DNA of 54,412 nucleotides, counting the filler, from Bipalium vagum (taxonomy: Eukaryota): the NCBI GenBank assembly GCA_037834085.1. It is 3 parts of 3 records of this genome, joined end to end, with 100 filler letters (N's around TTAATTAATTAA, not from the genome) between each part and the next. Parts side by side here need not be neighbours in the genome. Positions count along the whole stretch, not along the records: positions 1 to 17,094 come from JBBMKC010078866.1; 2 more parts are not named here. One strand, written 5' to 3'. The position numbers were made by a program, and so were the translations under genes. This document shows positions 1 through 13,199 of this stretch, piece by piece. Below the pieces are notes generated by a model. The model did no database searches. It saw only the letters and a list, made by a program, of their open reading frames with translations, and was not told the origin of the DNA. Each line of letters starts with the position of its first letter. Position 1 is the first letter of the stretch.

Positions 1-527
1 TAAAGATCCATGCAGATCTACTGTATCCTGAAGAAAAAACTCAAAATTATTTTTATTAAATAAATGTTAATAATAATATATATAACAGATGAAAATTAAA
101 AAATCAACTTCATGTGCTTGTTCTAAGTGTCCAGTTAGTATAGAAAATATAGGTAGAAAAATTGAAAACCAATATTCACACTGAATACCCTTTATTAAAT
201 ATAAATATTTTTTATTATTTATTTTATATCATATTTTGTTTTTTTAATAAATAATTATATATTAATTATATTAACGATTGCGACCCACTTCAATTTTTAA
301 AATTGTGATTGACCCAGTAAAGGATTTGAGCTGGACACCGCTTTTTAGAGTAACTAGCCTTTTGTGGGGTCATCCTCTTTTTAAATACATGTTTTGTCAA
401 GACTTTTGACAGGACTTTCGTATATAAGAAAGTAAACTATAAGAAAGTAATAAACAAATATTAGATGATACTCACATACTTTAATAATAAAAATAATAAT
501 TTTTTTAATGTTTCCTTTTTATTTTAG

Positions 528-680
528 GTTTATTATGCCGGTCCGATATGCGGAGCGATAATTTCGGCCTTGACTTTTGAATTTACCATATCAAAAAGTG
601 CTTCGGTCAAAAAATTCAAAGAATTCTTTACCATGTCAAATATGCACAATTCGGTTCATAATAACAAGGCTGAATTTTAA
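528..680 (+). CDS. Aquaporin (MIP family), terminal exon: TM6 and C-terminal tail
   Basis: A pyrimidine tract ending ttttag (AG at 526-527) precedes VYYAGPICGAIISALTFEFTISKSASVKKFKEFFTMSNMHNSVHNNKAEF*. This matches the aquaporin (W)I/VYWxGPxxGA TM6 motif, and the intron falls at the position typical for classical aquaporins. Upstream exons lie outside the window. Confidence 0.85.
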   Translation, partial: VYYAGPICGAIISALTFEFTISKSASVKKFKEFFTMSNMHNSVHNNKAEF

Positions 681-1189
681 TACGATCCGATCATATCTCA
701 TCGACTTTAATATTGAAATTATATAATTCCAGTTCCTGATCACTTTTGAGTTTGATTCTTTATTTTTGTAGAACTATAACGCAATTATTTTTAACTATAT
801 TAAATGTAGTCTATCATCATTAAATACACTTACTTCGGTACTGATCCATTAATTTATTATCGTTTATTGGGCTGTTGTGAAATTCTGTTAACTTTATGAA
901 ATTAAAATTCTTGAAAAATATTTTTAAGTGTTAATTTTTTAGCTTTCAAAGTTGACATTACGTATAGTGCACGTTGCAATCTGACTCCTTAGTTGCATTG
1001 GTTGGTGTAACTAAACCAGTTGGAAAAACAATAAGTTTTATTGGTGCCAGTACAGAATCAATGTCAGTCAAATATTCAAAACAATTTAATCCGATTAAAT
1101 AATAAATGATCACGATATTTATAATTGATCGATTGTTAAATTGATCAAATTCAACACTCAACAGTGTTAGAAAAGGACAACAATTCCTC

Positions 1190-2420
1190 TGAAAAGAAAT
1201 ATCAATTTAGCTATAAGTTAAACCAATGAGAAAGTGAAATCAAAACAAGAAAATCAGAAATAAGAACAAAAATAATCAATTGTACTCACCAACACTGAAA
1301 GACGACTTTCAGGATTGGCCGGTTATCCTTACATGTAACAGTCATAAGGCTTACCAATTGATAAACTTCTTCCTTCGGCAATAATTTTCACAAATTGAAA
1401 TAAACCTCACGAACTCGCTGCTCAATGGATCACCAATTATAAACTTTATTTTATTTTAAACTTCGAGAAGTTTTTAGAAGTCCTTATTTCTTTAAATAAT
1501 AAGTTTTCTCCTGCCAGTCAAAGACCAATGTCTAGAAGCATTGCAGTCTTTGGATTCCACAAAATTTGGTATCTAAAATTAATTTCGTGTTAAATGGTAC
1601 CAAAAGATGGTACAGAAATATAACGGATTTCGTTCAAATTTAATTCATAACATTGCCATTTGTTAAATGTATTCCTTCGCTGATGAAAGTAAGCAGCAAT
1701 TCATTGTTTGAGCATTTACAGGCGAATCAAAACCAACAAAGAAAGATCTCTCAACGTCAACATACACAATTGGTACACATTTCGTTATTAATCGATAATG
1801 CAATTATACAAACATACGTCAAATCAGGATTTTTTACCAAGCTCTTCTCAAACTTTTGCCTCTCTACACCCCATAGTGTCTGTTTAACATCTATTAGAAC
1901 CGAGTATTGTGATTCTTTTTCAGAACACTGATTCCCTAACTTAATGAAAGCAGTTATCAGGAAAGAGTAAGCATGTACAGCCATCTTTCACTTCTTGTTT
2001 ATAGGCTAATCCTTTGGCTTCTTTCACCGCTAACGAATCATTTGGAATGATATCCAAGAAATCAGCCTGAAAATTATTACAAGTGAACATGGCTTTTAAC
2101 CATGTTCCAAATCTGGTGAGGATTGGAAAGGGTGACAAAAGCAAACCAGTAACGTCTAAATACTTTTTTGTTCTACTAAGTGATTTCTTCATCAATATTT
2201 TATACATGACATCAATCTATTTGCGTATGAATTTTCATGTTTCACGGACTCCCAAACGAGATGCAAAGCATGTGAAATGCATGTTACATGCTTCAGGTTA
2301 GGGTACATTTGTTATTAATAGAAAAACTCTGGTCTATTATCTGAACATTATAACCGGGGAGAGTCAACATATTCAAACTTTTGATCTATACTTCTTCAAT
2401 TAAATGTAGGTCTTGCGATT
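1190..2420 (-). mobile_element. Degraded hAT-like (CGGBP-related) transposase remnant
   Basis: Fragments PFPILTRFGTWLKA (cf. PEPILTRWGTWL), HFTCFAS (cf. HVTCLAH) and LVKNPD; many stops and frameshifts. Confidence 0.55.
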
Positions 2421-4059
2421 TACAATATAACGGAGCAGTGGTTTTTGATAGGATGTTGGTTTGACAAAAAATAGGAAAACGAGGTTTGGTTTGACTGACC
2501 ACTTTATTAGGCCCAGTACGTTTCGGCAAATAAATATGAGAAAGTATATTATATAAATATACTTATATTTCGCTATTCTCAAAACTTTTCGACTGAATCT
2601 TATACTTTTATAATTCTTAAGCACGTTCATTAAAACAAAAAATTTTGATCATGAAAGCTCTGTTCAATTTTGAAAAGATTAGTCATTTTCTATGGTTACT
2701 GTCACACCTTAAAATGAGAGAAATTTTTTTTTGGATAAATTTTTAGTACCGAAAAATATTAATATTATTATTATAAATAAATTATAATTAGAGTGTAAAA
2801 AATGAATACATTTAAACAATATAAATGTAATATGGAAATTGTTCGAAATGGTTAGACTGATCAAATGGATTACGCAAGCTCTGAATTCATAAGATAACGT
2901 CAGACATTTACACGTTCCCCAGATAGGATATTTCCACCGCTCAAAGATAAGTGATATGGTAATAAAATACGAGTTGAAAACAAAAATATATTTATACATT
3001 TGTTGTTTTACTAAGTCAAAGTAAACAAAATAACATTTAATTTTTTGTAATTAACATTCGAAATAAATAAATTTTACAGAGGAAACCAGAGCTCATAGTA
3101 ACGATAGTGACAGATACGGATGTGTGTTTGTGTGTTTGAATTTGTGTGCTTGTTCTTATCAAATGTGGATTATTTCAAGATTGAGAGATTTTGTTTAAAT
3201 AAATCAAATAAATATAATTTTTATATTTATATTTTTTATTTATATTTATAATTTTTACGATAGAAATTATTATTTTAATTAACAAGAGAATTTTATCTGA
3301 TTTATTTCATAAAGTTTATTTATTATTATCCAATGAGTATAATTTATTTACGATGACGTCATAATATATTTTAAAAATATTTTTATTTTAAAAAAGCTCA
3401 TATTTTGCAAAAAATATAAGTGAACAAATGAACAGTGATTTCGATAGGTACATCCATTAATAAAATGCTCGATATTCATTTCCTCAAAGCTCTCTTCAAT
3501 CACTTCTTTAAATGGTTAATTAAAACAAATATTTTTTCACTCTTGAAAAAATTAATTTTTTTTCATTGATAGAGATTTTGATTTCTGTTTTTTTGGAAAT
3601 CTTTAATTTGAATTTGCTTTATTTATTAAAAGGTTTTGTGAAATATTATGTGGTGACATCAACANNNNNNNNNNNNNNNNNNNNNNNNNNNNNNNNNNNN
3701 NNNNNNNNNNNNNNNNNNNNNNNNNNNNNNNNNNNNNNNNNNNNNNNNNNNNNNNNNNNNNNNNNNNNNNNNNNNNNNNNNNNNNNNNNNNNNNNNNNNN
3801 NNNNNNNNNNNNNNNNNNNNNNNNNNNNNNNNNNNNNNNNNNNNNNNNNNNNNNNNNNNNNNNNNNNNNNNNNNNNNNNNNNNNNNNNNNNNGATTTATT
3901 CCATTCTAAAAATATTAATTATTTTTTTCCATGTTACCCATAACACTAAATTCTGCAATTGGTAAATGTAACTATTAAGGGTAATTAAAACGATTGAAAT
4001 TGCGAAAATATTCTTCTTAAAGAATTTGAATCAATATGCGTGGGAAGGGTGACACGTAC

Positions 4060-4960
4060 TCAGAGTCTTCCAGAAATAATGAACTCAACTCAACAAAACT
4101 TTTTAACAATACGTATACATTTATAGGTCTCATTTCTCAACATAGGCACGGTTTACATTGACGCACTTTGACCTACCATTGTGAAGCCTATTTCAAAGAA
4201 GTTTCTATTCTTCTCCATGGGTAATTTTGTTACGTTATCCTCCATATTATCATTTTAAACAAATTTATGTCCACGCTTACGTTTCTTCGGATGATTAATC
4301 ATTTGGTGCAAGGTATGGACAGACCCAGCTTTCGTTAATGTGTCTTGTTTATTGTAGAATGTCTGAATAGCATCATTATCGTGAAGCAGAAAAGTTTCTG
4401 TCTGTTTGGTTTGTGTCGGATGATTTGGGTTTCAAGTATGACATTAATTTATTAATCTGAATTTAAGATTGCCTCAATAAAATCTAGCTTTGAGATGTCG
4501 TTTTCTTTCAAAATTCCGAGACCACAGACCTTGCTTGGCTTCTCATTTTTGAAAACCCATTCATATGACTCTCTTAAAAGAGACTGGGGTCTCGTCTGTA
4601 GTTATGATATTGAATAAAATATTTATTCCGACTGCATTCAGAAGACAAAGATTTTTTCCAGAGGTCATTTATCGACCAGCGACTGTTTTAGTAGATTCTT
4701 CACTAATTTCGACAGATCATCCACTTTTGGTTGTATTGAAAACACTTGTTCGACCAGGTGAAAATTCTTGTACCCAGTTAAAAATGGTTGTCTGAGATGA
4801 AGCTTCTTCACTGTATACCTTTCGAAATTGATTAATAATTTCTTTCTTGCCAGATGCCTAGAGAAATAAGATATCGATCACTCTGAGCAACTCCACATTG
4901 TCGAACATTGAATTTGAATTAATCTACTTCTGTTCAAACAAAATGAGAATATTTAAACCA
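4060..4960 (-). mobile_element. Degraded mariner transposon
   Basis: Minus-strand HTH-like EIINQFRKVYSEEASSQTTIFNWVQEFSPGRTSV and the first-Asp motif IITTDET; internally deleted, boundaries approximate. Confidence 0.65.
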
Positions 4961-5809
4961 GTCGCATATTTCATACTTTTATTGATTTTATTTTACGTGC
5001 AAAAATTCAATACTTTTGATAAAGTCTGAGATCTTTTGTGAGTGTGGGTTTCAAATAACTTTTTCCAAGCTTCGACCCAACGGCAGCCAACAGGGTACAT
5101 TGTAACCAAAAGAAAAAGATACAGAATTCTGAGGACTTCTTCAATCCTTTGCAATTTAACGGTATTTAAATGTATTTCAAAAGTCATGTGAATCTCTCTC
5201 TAAATGGATACAACCGAGTATTTAGAAGAATTATTTTGATTTTTTTAGTAATTCTTGTGTACCCATGTAAATAATATTGCCAAACCACGCAATTCTTGGT
5301 CTAGCACCTTACTTTGTGATATTTTTATTAATAAAAGAACAATTAAGTGACATGATAATTAGAGATCCATTTAATATGTATCAGGTTGTAACAGTGGATA
5401 TATTTCCCATCCCATTCTTAAGAGAACTGAAGCTTACGGTTAAAGCTTGTGTAAGTTTTACAGCTTTCCCTTGGCACCACTTTTAAAATTTTTTTATTAT
5501 TTTCCATAAAAAACCAAAAAGCAAGGATTTATTTCAAATCAAGGACGCGGATGTCATTGACACTGGCCTGTGTCAGTTGTTTGACTCGATGCTGTATGTG
5601 AGACAGTTAGATTTTTTGTATTTTTGTATATTTTCAGAATCCTTTATTTTATATTTAGGTGACAAACGTCAAATACTTTTATTTATATATTTAAAGAGAT
5701 TAAAATTATCTTTCTTAATTATTATTTTAAATAAAAATGTGACTCTAAAGAACAAAAATCACTCAGAAAACGGAAATGTGAACCCTGTTTAAAATATCAT
5801 TTCAAAGCC

Positions 5810-6080
5810 AATTTTAAAAATGAAAATAAAACTAAAATAAATAAAAGAATAATAATAAAATATTATAATTAATAATACAAAATAATTTTAAAAAAATAAA
5901 AAATATTATAATAATTATTATAATTAATAATAAAAGATAATTATAATTAATAAAAAAATTATAATTAACAATAAAAAATTATAATAATTAATAATAAATT
6001 ATAATTATAATTAACAATAAAACATTATTATAATTATTAATAAAAAAATATTATAATTAATAATAAAAATTCATTATAAA
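5810..6080. repeat. A/T-only low-complexity tandem repeat (ATTATAATTAATAA-like units)
   Basis: Repeated attataattaa(t/c)aa motifs are directly visible. Confidence 0.7.
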
Positions 6081-6706
6081 TCATGTTTGCCACTTAAATA
6101 TCTTCAGAGACAAAAAAAAGTTAATATTTCAAAGAACATTCCCTAAATCCGTTGCATCTGCCATTAAAACTTTCAACATAATATTTTTCAAAATAATGAG
6201 AGAATAAAAGCCCGTTTATTGATGAAAAGGTCAAAGATAACTCAGCTTCATTATCAGTCTAGCTACATCTACACATTTGCAAATGTTAATGCTTATTGTT
6301 GGTGCTTTGGTTGTTTTGTTTTATTCATAAACGTAATCAAGACTACCAAGTAACGGAAAAAAACATCTATAGACCGGTCTATGAATATATTATGACAGAA
6401 AATATTACTATAAAGTCAAAAAATATTTTTCTAAGTTGTTACCAGTACAAAGTTATGTTTCTTGATGTCTTCAATTTTTCCTTTTTTTTAATAGACTGCA
6501 ATCTCTCTGAGAAGGCTTAGATAATTGTTTAACTAAAGAAAATTCTGTTTTACAAGGATGAAAAGGGTTTCTAGTTGACCGTCCGAGACTCCCAAATTTA
6601 TTTTCATGCAAAAGAAAAAAATAATTATATCTAAATCCTTTTTAGGCACCGGTTTTATGATTAATGTGGTAATTGATAAGAAGAAAATGTTACTATAATA
6701 CTTAGA

Positions 6707-7501
6707 CGTAGTAACGTGTGATAGTGTGATCGTGACTCCTCACTTTGTAAAAATCGTTGTGTTCGTAACTCCTCGCAACCTTTTCGAATCAAAACACCCA
6801 CCACAATACCGTATCCGCACCCTTAAGAACTGAATCAAACTTCTAAAATACAACTTTATTTGCATAAAACACAATCACACTGGAAAATAATGACCATAAC
6901 GACAACCCACTTCTTTAAATCACCCTTTAATCAATGAGTCCAATAAATAAAAATGTCACCAAGTATAATCATAAATAAATAAAATAAATAAATACTGATA
7001 CTATTCTAATAAAAGAGAAGAAAGAAATGATCACAAAAGAGAGAGTCAGTTTTTAAAAAAATTAAATGGTCTCACCAAGAGCGACAAGGGGTCCCCGGTT
7101 TGTATTCATCTTGATAATTGGAGTTTCCCTGAATGGCGTGATCTATTGTCCTGATGAATGAGCGTCTTTGGGTAAATTGACGGAAATAGTCATCTCTTTA
7201 TATAGTCGTAGAGATTGGTCTACAATCAACAATTTCTACGCTTAGAGACGGCTATTTCCCTTAATTGCCATTTACTCTATCTCCACGCCGAGATAGACTC
7301 ATATCAAGTCTAATGGAATCCTGCAGTCCACCCAAGAACGACTGACAGGAAATTCATTAGCCTTATCTGTTGAAAATTCCCACGGCGGGATTTATTATTT
7401 ATTAATTTATTATTATTAATTAACGATTAATTAACTATCATTATTATAATTAGTATTATTAGTATTACTATTATAATTCTATTATCATTATTATTGCTAC
7501 A
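6707..7501 (-). mobile_element. Possible solo LTR
   Basis: Imperfect inverted ends (cGTAGTAA ... TTGCTACA), a minus-strand AATAAA near 6855, and higher GC than the flanks. No TSD found. Confidence 0.3.
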
Positions 7502-9349
7502 ACTCAAGAAAATATTCAGATATCAAGTTGTAAAAATAATATAATTATTTTTATTATTATTATATATTTTTTTAATATTATGATAATTACTATTACTATT
7601 ATTATTAATATTATTTATATTATTATCACCATTATTGTGATGTCATTTCTAATTCCCATAATCATCATCATTAATTCCAAAACCCAACAAAAAGGACAAT
7701 TTTAACGTCACGAGAACAAATTTGTTTAAATTCATATTGGTATCCATACAAACCAGATGCAGATGACAGTGAACTACATGGATTTCCGGCAGACTTTGGC
7801 ACACGCGGGTGTTTACAAAGATGATACTCTCCTTGATTTGAATTTATTTTAAGTATTGATTTATATATTTTGCATGTAACCTTTAATGAGTCTTATATGC
7901 AAATAAATCCTATTAACTAAAGGCATAAGATTTTTTTACGAACTTAACACGTGTATTTCTCTTTAGATATAATCAATTGTGTGTCTAATTTCTCTTATCT
8001 GTGTTAATAAAACATTTCATTTTGGTAATAATTCTTTTTGTGTAAATTGTCATTGATTAATTTCTTTGTTTGAATGAACTCTCAACAATAAATAATAAAT
8101 AAAATTCCTTTTAAAAATTATACACCAAAAACTATTATTTAAAAAATATAAAATAATAAATAATTATTTCTCTAAATACGACTATAATAAAAATAAATAA
8201 AAATTGTAAATATCTTTATTTATATTATGATTATATTAATATTATTCAAATTACATATTGACACGTATGTATTATCAATTAAAATATGGCTAAAAGTAAT
8301 TTATGAAAATATTATTAAGGTTAACATATTATTATTGTGTAAATAATATAATATAATAAATAATAGAATAATAAAAACAAATATTTTTAAATAAAATGTA
8401 AATTTAGTAATTAGTGATTATTATTTATAATCATTGGTAGTGAAAAATACCAATAAAAGAAACGGATAAAAGCTAACAGGACATAATAAAATATAACTAC
8501 GCAAAAATAATTCAAGTTACAAAAAGTTCTATAACCACACATTCAATAAATATCTCACAAAATATACAATTGTGCGCAATGATAAAATTATCAATAATAA
8601 AGACGCAACATTTTACGGAACCCTTGTTGGTCGATTTTAAAATTATTTCCAAAGTTAGTTAATAGATTGTAGAATTAGTTTAACATCTGCCCTAAATTGT
8701 AAAATATAGGGAGGTTTGTATGAAAGAAATTTTAATTTAAAAACTAACGATCGAAAAGAAAACGTTTATATAGGTCTTGTTCTTATTAAAAATTACTTCA
8801 AATTTAAGAATTCTTTAATTAAAAAAAACATATAACTTAACTTTTAATCTTGTTTATTTCTTATTTATGTTAATCAAAAATCAAATTACGTTTAATAGAA
8901 AAATAATTTATTTTAATTTTATTTTATGAAAATCTGTAATGTAATAAATTAATTTTTCATTTTGTTTTTATATTCGATTTTAAAATAACCTTTTCAAATT
9001 TCGATTGATTACTGTTAATATATTGTCGTTTATCAATTAGTAAATGACACGTTGATTTAGAACCAAATCTTGCCAATTTTGCCAATGATAACAATTAAGA
9101 CGAGTTTATTTTTAAAATATGAACATTTAAGAAACCATTAAAGTTAAATTTTTTAAATCTTTAAAAATATTTTGGAAAATTGTTTATAAAATAAAATGAT
9201 TGAAATTATTGAATTTTATTTTGGTTTTATTTTATTATCCTAAAGAATTTTCAAAAATTAATTATTCTTTTGTTCGTATAATGTCATTATTGATGATGAA
9301 AAGTTTGTATTTTTATTAATGATTTATTTTTGGTTTTACATTCAATTCT

Positions 9350-10400
9350 TCAAAATTTTTAATAAATAACTTACGGAAGACTTGATATAATGTGACCATC
9401 TTATGTTACAATCTGAACTCTTGCGTGACTTGTATAATATAATGAAAATAAGTAACGAAATTTTTGTTGAAATTAAAAAATGACTTGAGAATAATTTAGG
9501 TAAAAGTATTCGTTTAAGAATTGTAATTTATTCAAAATAGACAATGGTCTTGATTTATTATGTCGCTATCGATTTTTAATTAAGATTGATCTAAATTGTT
9601 AAAGTTAATCCTCAAGTTCATTCTTATTTCCTGGTTATCAAGTTTTATCGTTTTGAAAATATCTAAAGATCATTCATATTATCATCATGAAACCATTCAA
9701 ATTGTAAATAAATGCTATGACCACAACGACTGAAATGATAATTTTTGTAATTCTAATTATCAGGGTTCTTCAAATAGCAAGGCAAGAGTTCTTCCAAAGA
9801 ATAATAAGAATAGATTTAATCAAAACAATTAATTATTTATTGCTTCTCTGTTCTAAGTTCTGCCAGTCAAAAACTTAACTATTTAGATTGTAACAATTAT
9901 ATTGCATTATCACTTAAATTCCAACATTTGTTGGTTTTTGAAGTCCTAATCGACTTTGCTGCTATTGGTAAAGAAGCAAATTTCTTCGTTGTGCATGAGT
10001 TAATATTGAAAAATGAGCGCTACTGGATACTATTGAACCGAAGGAAACATCGGTATAATTAATATTTCCTCTTTGTGAAAGCATTCTTGTCAATTGATAA
10101 TTCTATGCACTCACAAAATTCTCCATATTTTTTTTCTTTTACCCATAATATTTCTAGGGATTACTTCAAATTTTCTCTTTAAGCAACCTTCGAACTCAGA
10201 CTCTTCTCAAATGATGAATGAATATCGATATTTGTTACGCAACGACTTTTTAGATAAACTTTAAAAGTACAATTTGGTATCCGATTTTCTAAAAGGCACT
10301 TTCTGAGAAAAATTGATTCACTGATATCGAAAATTCAGTGGATATCAACACAAGTGAATTATTTCCCAAATGAAAAACTCGAAAAGCTTTGACTTTTTTC
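9350..10400 (-). mobile_element. Possible degraded Penelope-like retroelement, N-terminal region
   Basis: IFLRKCLLENRIPN resembles the PLE FLxxCxxxxxxPK segment; heavily decayed. Confidence 0.3.
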
Positions 10401-10682
10401 TGTGTAAATATACGTTGAATACGTTCGTTGAGATAGTGGGTAAATTAACTGTCCATCTCGCAAATTCGTCATAGTTTTATCGTTCGGTGATAAATTAAAA
10501 CAAAAAATAACGAAATTTTTGTTAAAATAGATATAATAAACTAATAATCAATTTCCAATCGTCTAACATAAGAGCTCTGGTTTTTTTTAGAATAAATTAG
10601 ACAAAAGTATCTATTTACAAATTGTAAGTAATTCAATATATATATGACGATATTGATTTATTGAATCATTATCGATTTTCAA

Positions 10683-11551
10683 TTACGATCGATCGGAATT
10701 ATTAAAGTTTGTGGATAAGTTCATTCGAATTTCCTGCGGATCAATAATATTAATGGGAATAATACCGAAAACTGGAGCAATGATTAAAATAATGAAAGTC
10801 GACGTAGACGTTGAAAGCAAATAGATCCAGAACAGTAACCTGTCAACCACTTGAGCCACTTCGTGCCATTCTTGTATGAGAAAATAGCTCGACTCTTCCA
10901 TCTCGTGTCTGACGAGCATTTTGTTTAATACGAAAAGAATTTGCTGATTGACATCGTGTTGGTGGCTGTTGCAAAGAAAAGGATCCGTCGAGACAGCTTT
11001 GTCAACGGTAACTGAGGTACGGTTCACCAGACATTTGGATGATAGATAAGGAGTGGAGGAAGAGGAGGAAACACTGGTGGAATTGGAACGCATAATATTT
11101 TCCATGCACCGGTTGTCGGATTCAGAAACGATCATCGGTTCGCTTTCATGGTTACCGGTTACGGATCCGTTTAAAACGTCGGATTCAATAGTTGGGAATG
11201 AATTCAGTTTCAAATGTGTCACATCGACCGGACGTTGGTATTTGTTTGGGTATTCGTCGAAATGGTTGTGGGTGTTCTCAAACGAATTTCGCTTGGGAAA
11301 TGGAACTGATTTTAATTTGTCATTGATTGACATGATCAGCGACTCCAGATTTTTAATTCCTTTGAAAGGCATCTTTCTTCGGCTCGATATTTTCGTGTGA
11401 CAGGAAAAATATTTCTGATTGCAATTGACCAAGGTTTTTATCCAATTCGGAATTTTTCCTTTGTTAGGGCTTCGATGGTGTAGATTTAAAACGAAAACTG
11501 TCATGATGACAGATACAGAGGTCATGGACATGACGGTGGTTAAGTAAATAC
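10683..11551 (-). CDS. Nicotinic acetylcholine receptor subunit (alpha9/10-like), terminal exon: TM3, long intracellular loop, TM4
   Basis: Acceptor tttcag|GT at 11552/11551, reading (S)IYLTTVMSMTSVSVIMTVFVLNLHHR (TM3) ... EWHEVAQVVDRLLFWIY (MA-TM4 signature), stop at 10683-10685. The phase-1 junction matches the upstream exon. Confidence 0.93.
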
Positions 11552-11845
11552 CTGAAACAGAAATGAGTCTGAGATTATAAAATTGAAATTCGTTTACAGT
11601 AGGATAATAAGAAATAATATTTGGTCTTCATGATAAAAAATCAGTAGAAATTTATTTTATTGAAAATTACATTTGATCACTACAATGAGTGTTCTCATAT
11701 TTTCAATATCTTAATAGTGATGGTGTATTAGAAGGTCTAGGGTTTCTGAACAAAACACCATTAGGGTGTATTACCATCTCATTTAAGGTAGTGACTAAAG
11801 GAGAGAGTTCATAGAGGACAGTTGATGGAGAAAAACATTATTATT

Positions 11846-12600
11846 ATATTTGGTTGGCAAGAAAGTATTTCCAGACTTTATTGAAGAAATAAAAGATATG
11901 AACTATATGAAACAATAAAATTTTATTAAATTATTAAATGTCTATCATTATCAGGGACATGTTGCTATCTTCCAGGATGCATAAAAGTTCTTTTTCATTA
12001 AACCTCTTGAGTTGCTGAGCAAAAAATGAAAAAAGTCGAATTTAACATCATTATAATTAGTAAAAGTTTTGTATAGGACAAAACAAATTGTAATTGGAAG
12101 GTATTAAGTTACTTATATTGTTGATGTGGCAATACATACCAATTAATGCTCAATAATGTTTACCGAGTGGCCAATGTGTGTAATTTTGCATTGACATGAT
12201 GAAAAAATAATGCCTTTACAGATTACCAATTTTGATCATTTAACTCGGATTTCATTGTTCAATTTTGTCAACTTATCAATGTACATATCAGAATTAATCT
12301 TTTGTCTGCTTGAGAAAATTTCGAAGTATATGATTTCTTGATAATCCAACCAAACGCTTAGCATAACTTTCTTTTGTTGATTATCAGCCTTGAAAGACGT
12401 CTGCGGTGCTTCGGCCAACTTGAACCATGGTTTTTTCCGAAGAAAATTATAGCAACAATAATGCTATGAAAATTATTTGAATAATATAACAACAGAAAAA
12501 GATTTACTTGTTTAGATAATCGCCATATATATACTTTAACAAAATGAACAAATAATTGAAGAACTGTCAAGAAGAAAGAGACTGAAGACAATTGAAATTA
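11846..12600 (-). mobile_element. Mariner remnant in the nAChR intron
   Basis: KVMLSVWLDYQEIIYFEIF...INSDMYIDKLTKL (mariner core), plus a TIR-like ttggttggcaagaaagta near 11850. Confidence 0.75.
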
Positions 12601-13199
12601 CAGATACCGATCGGTCCTCAATGGATAAAAGAATTCAAACAGAAGAGTTGAGCGTGTCATCAATTTTTAAATTATTTGATGAAATTGTTAAGAACATTGT
12701 CCTGCTAAGCTCGATGAATCCTTCACAGACCTATATAATCAAATTCAAGCGACGATTTGCAAAAGCAAATGGAATTAGGATGTATTATTCTGAATAGTTA
12801 TTTTTTATAAAAAAAAATTGCTGGGATAATACAACAAATAATAAAACCTGTAAAATCCAGAATTAGAAATATTATGAAAAAATAATATAGAATTCAAAAT
12901 TGTGTAGTTTTCATATTTTTGGTAATAATATTTTTTCATTTATTTATTTTATTAGATGAATGCGGAACGTATAAGTAAATATAAAAATATATTATATGGG
13001 AAATATTTTTATCGAAAATTACAAGATTTTAATTTTTCTAATCCAGTCTCCAAGATTGGAAATTCTGATTTGGATAATTTTGAATGGTAAATCTGAAACT
13101 GAAGTTTACAACCACGGTTATAGGTAAAGGATTCCATTTTATATTTAGTGTTAAATATTAAAATATTTGATGCATTAAAAGATCCTGATACATTTTTCT

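Noticed and set aside
3566-3943. ORFs spanning N runs (also 20164-20594)
   Set aside because: Their length is produced by assembly gaps.
7143-7195. CTGATGA...GCGTC/GACG-GAAATAG hammerhead-like core
   Set aside because: No usable stem I, and four extra bases before stem II; the fold cannot be closed.
11053-11400. 115-aa plus-strand ORF
   Set aside because: Antisense shadow of the nAChR terminal exon.
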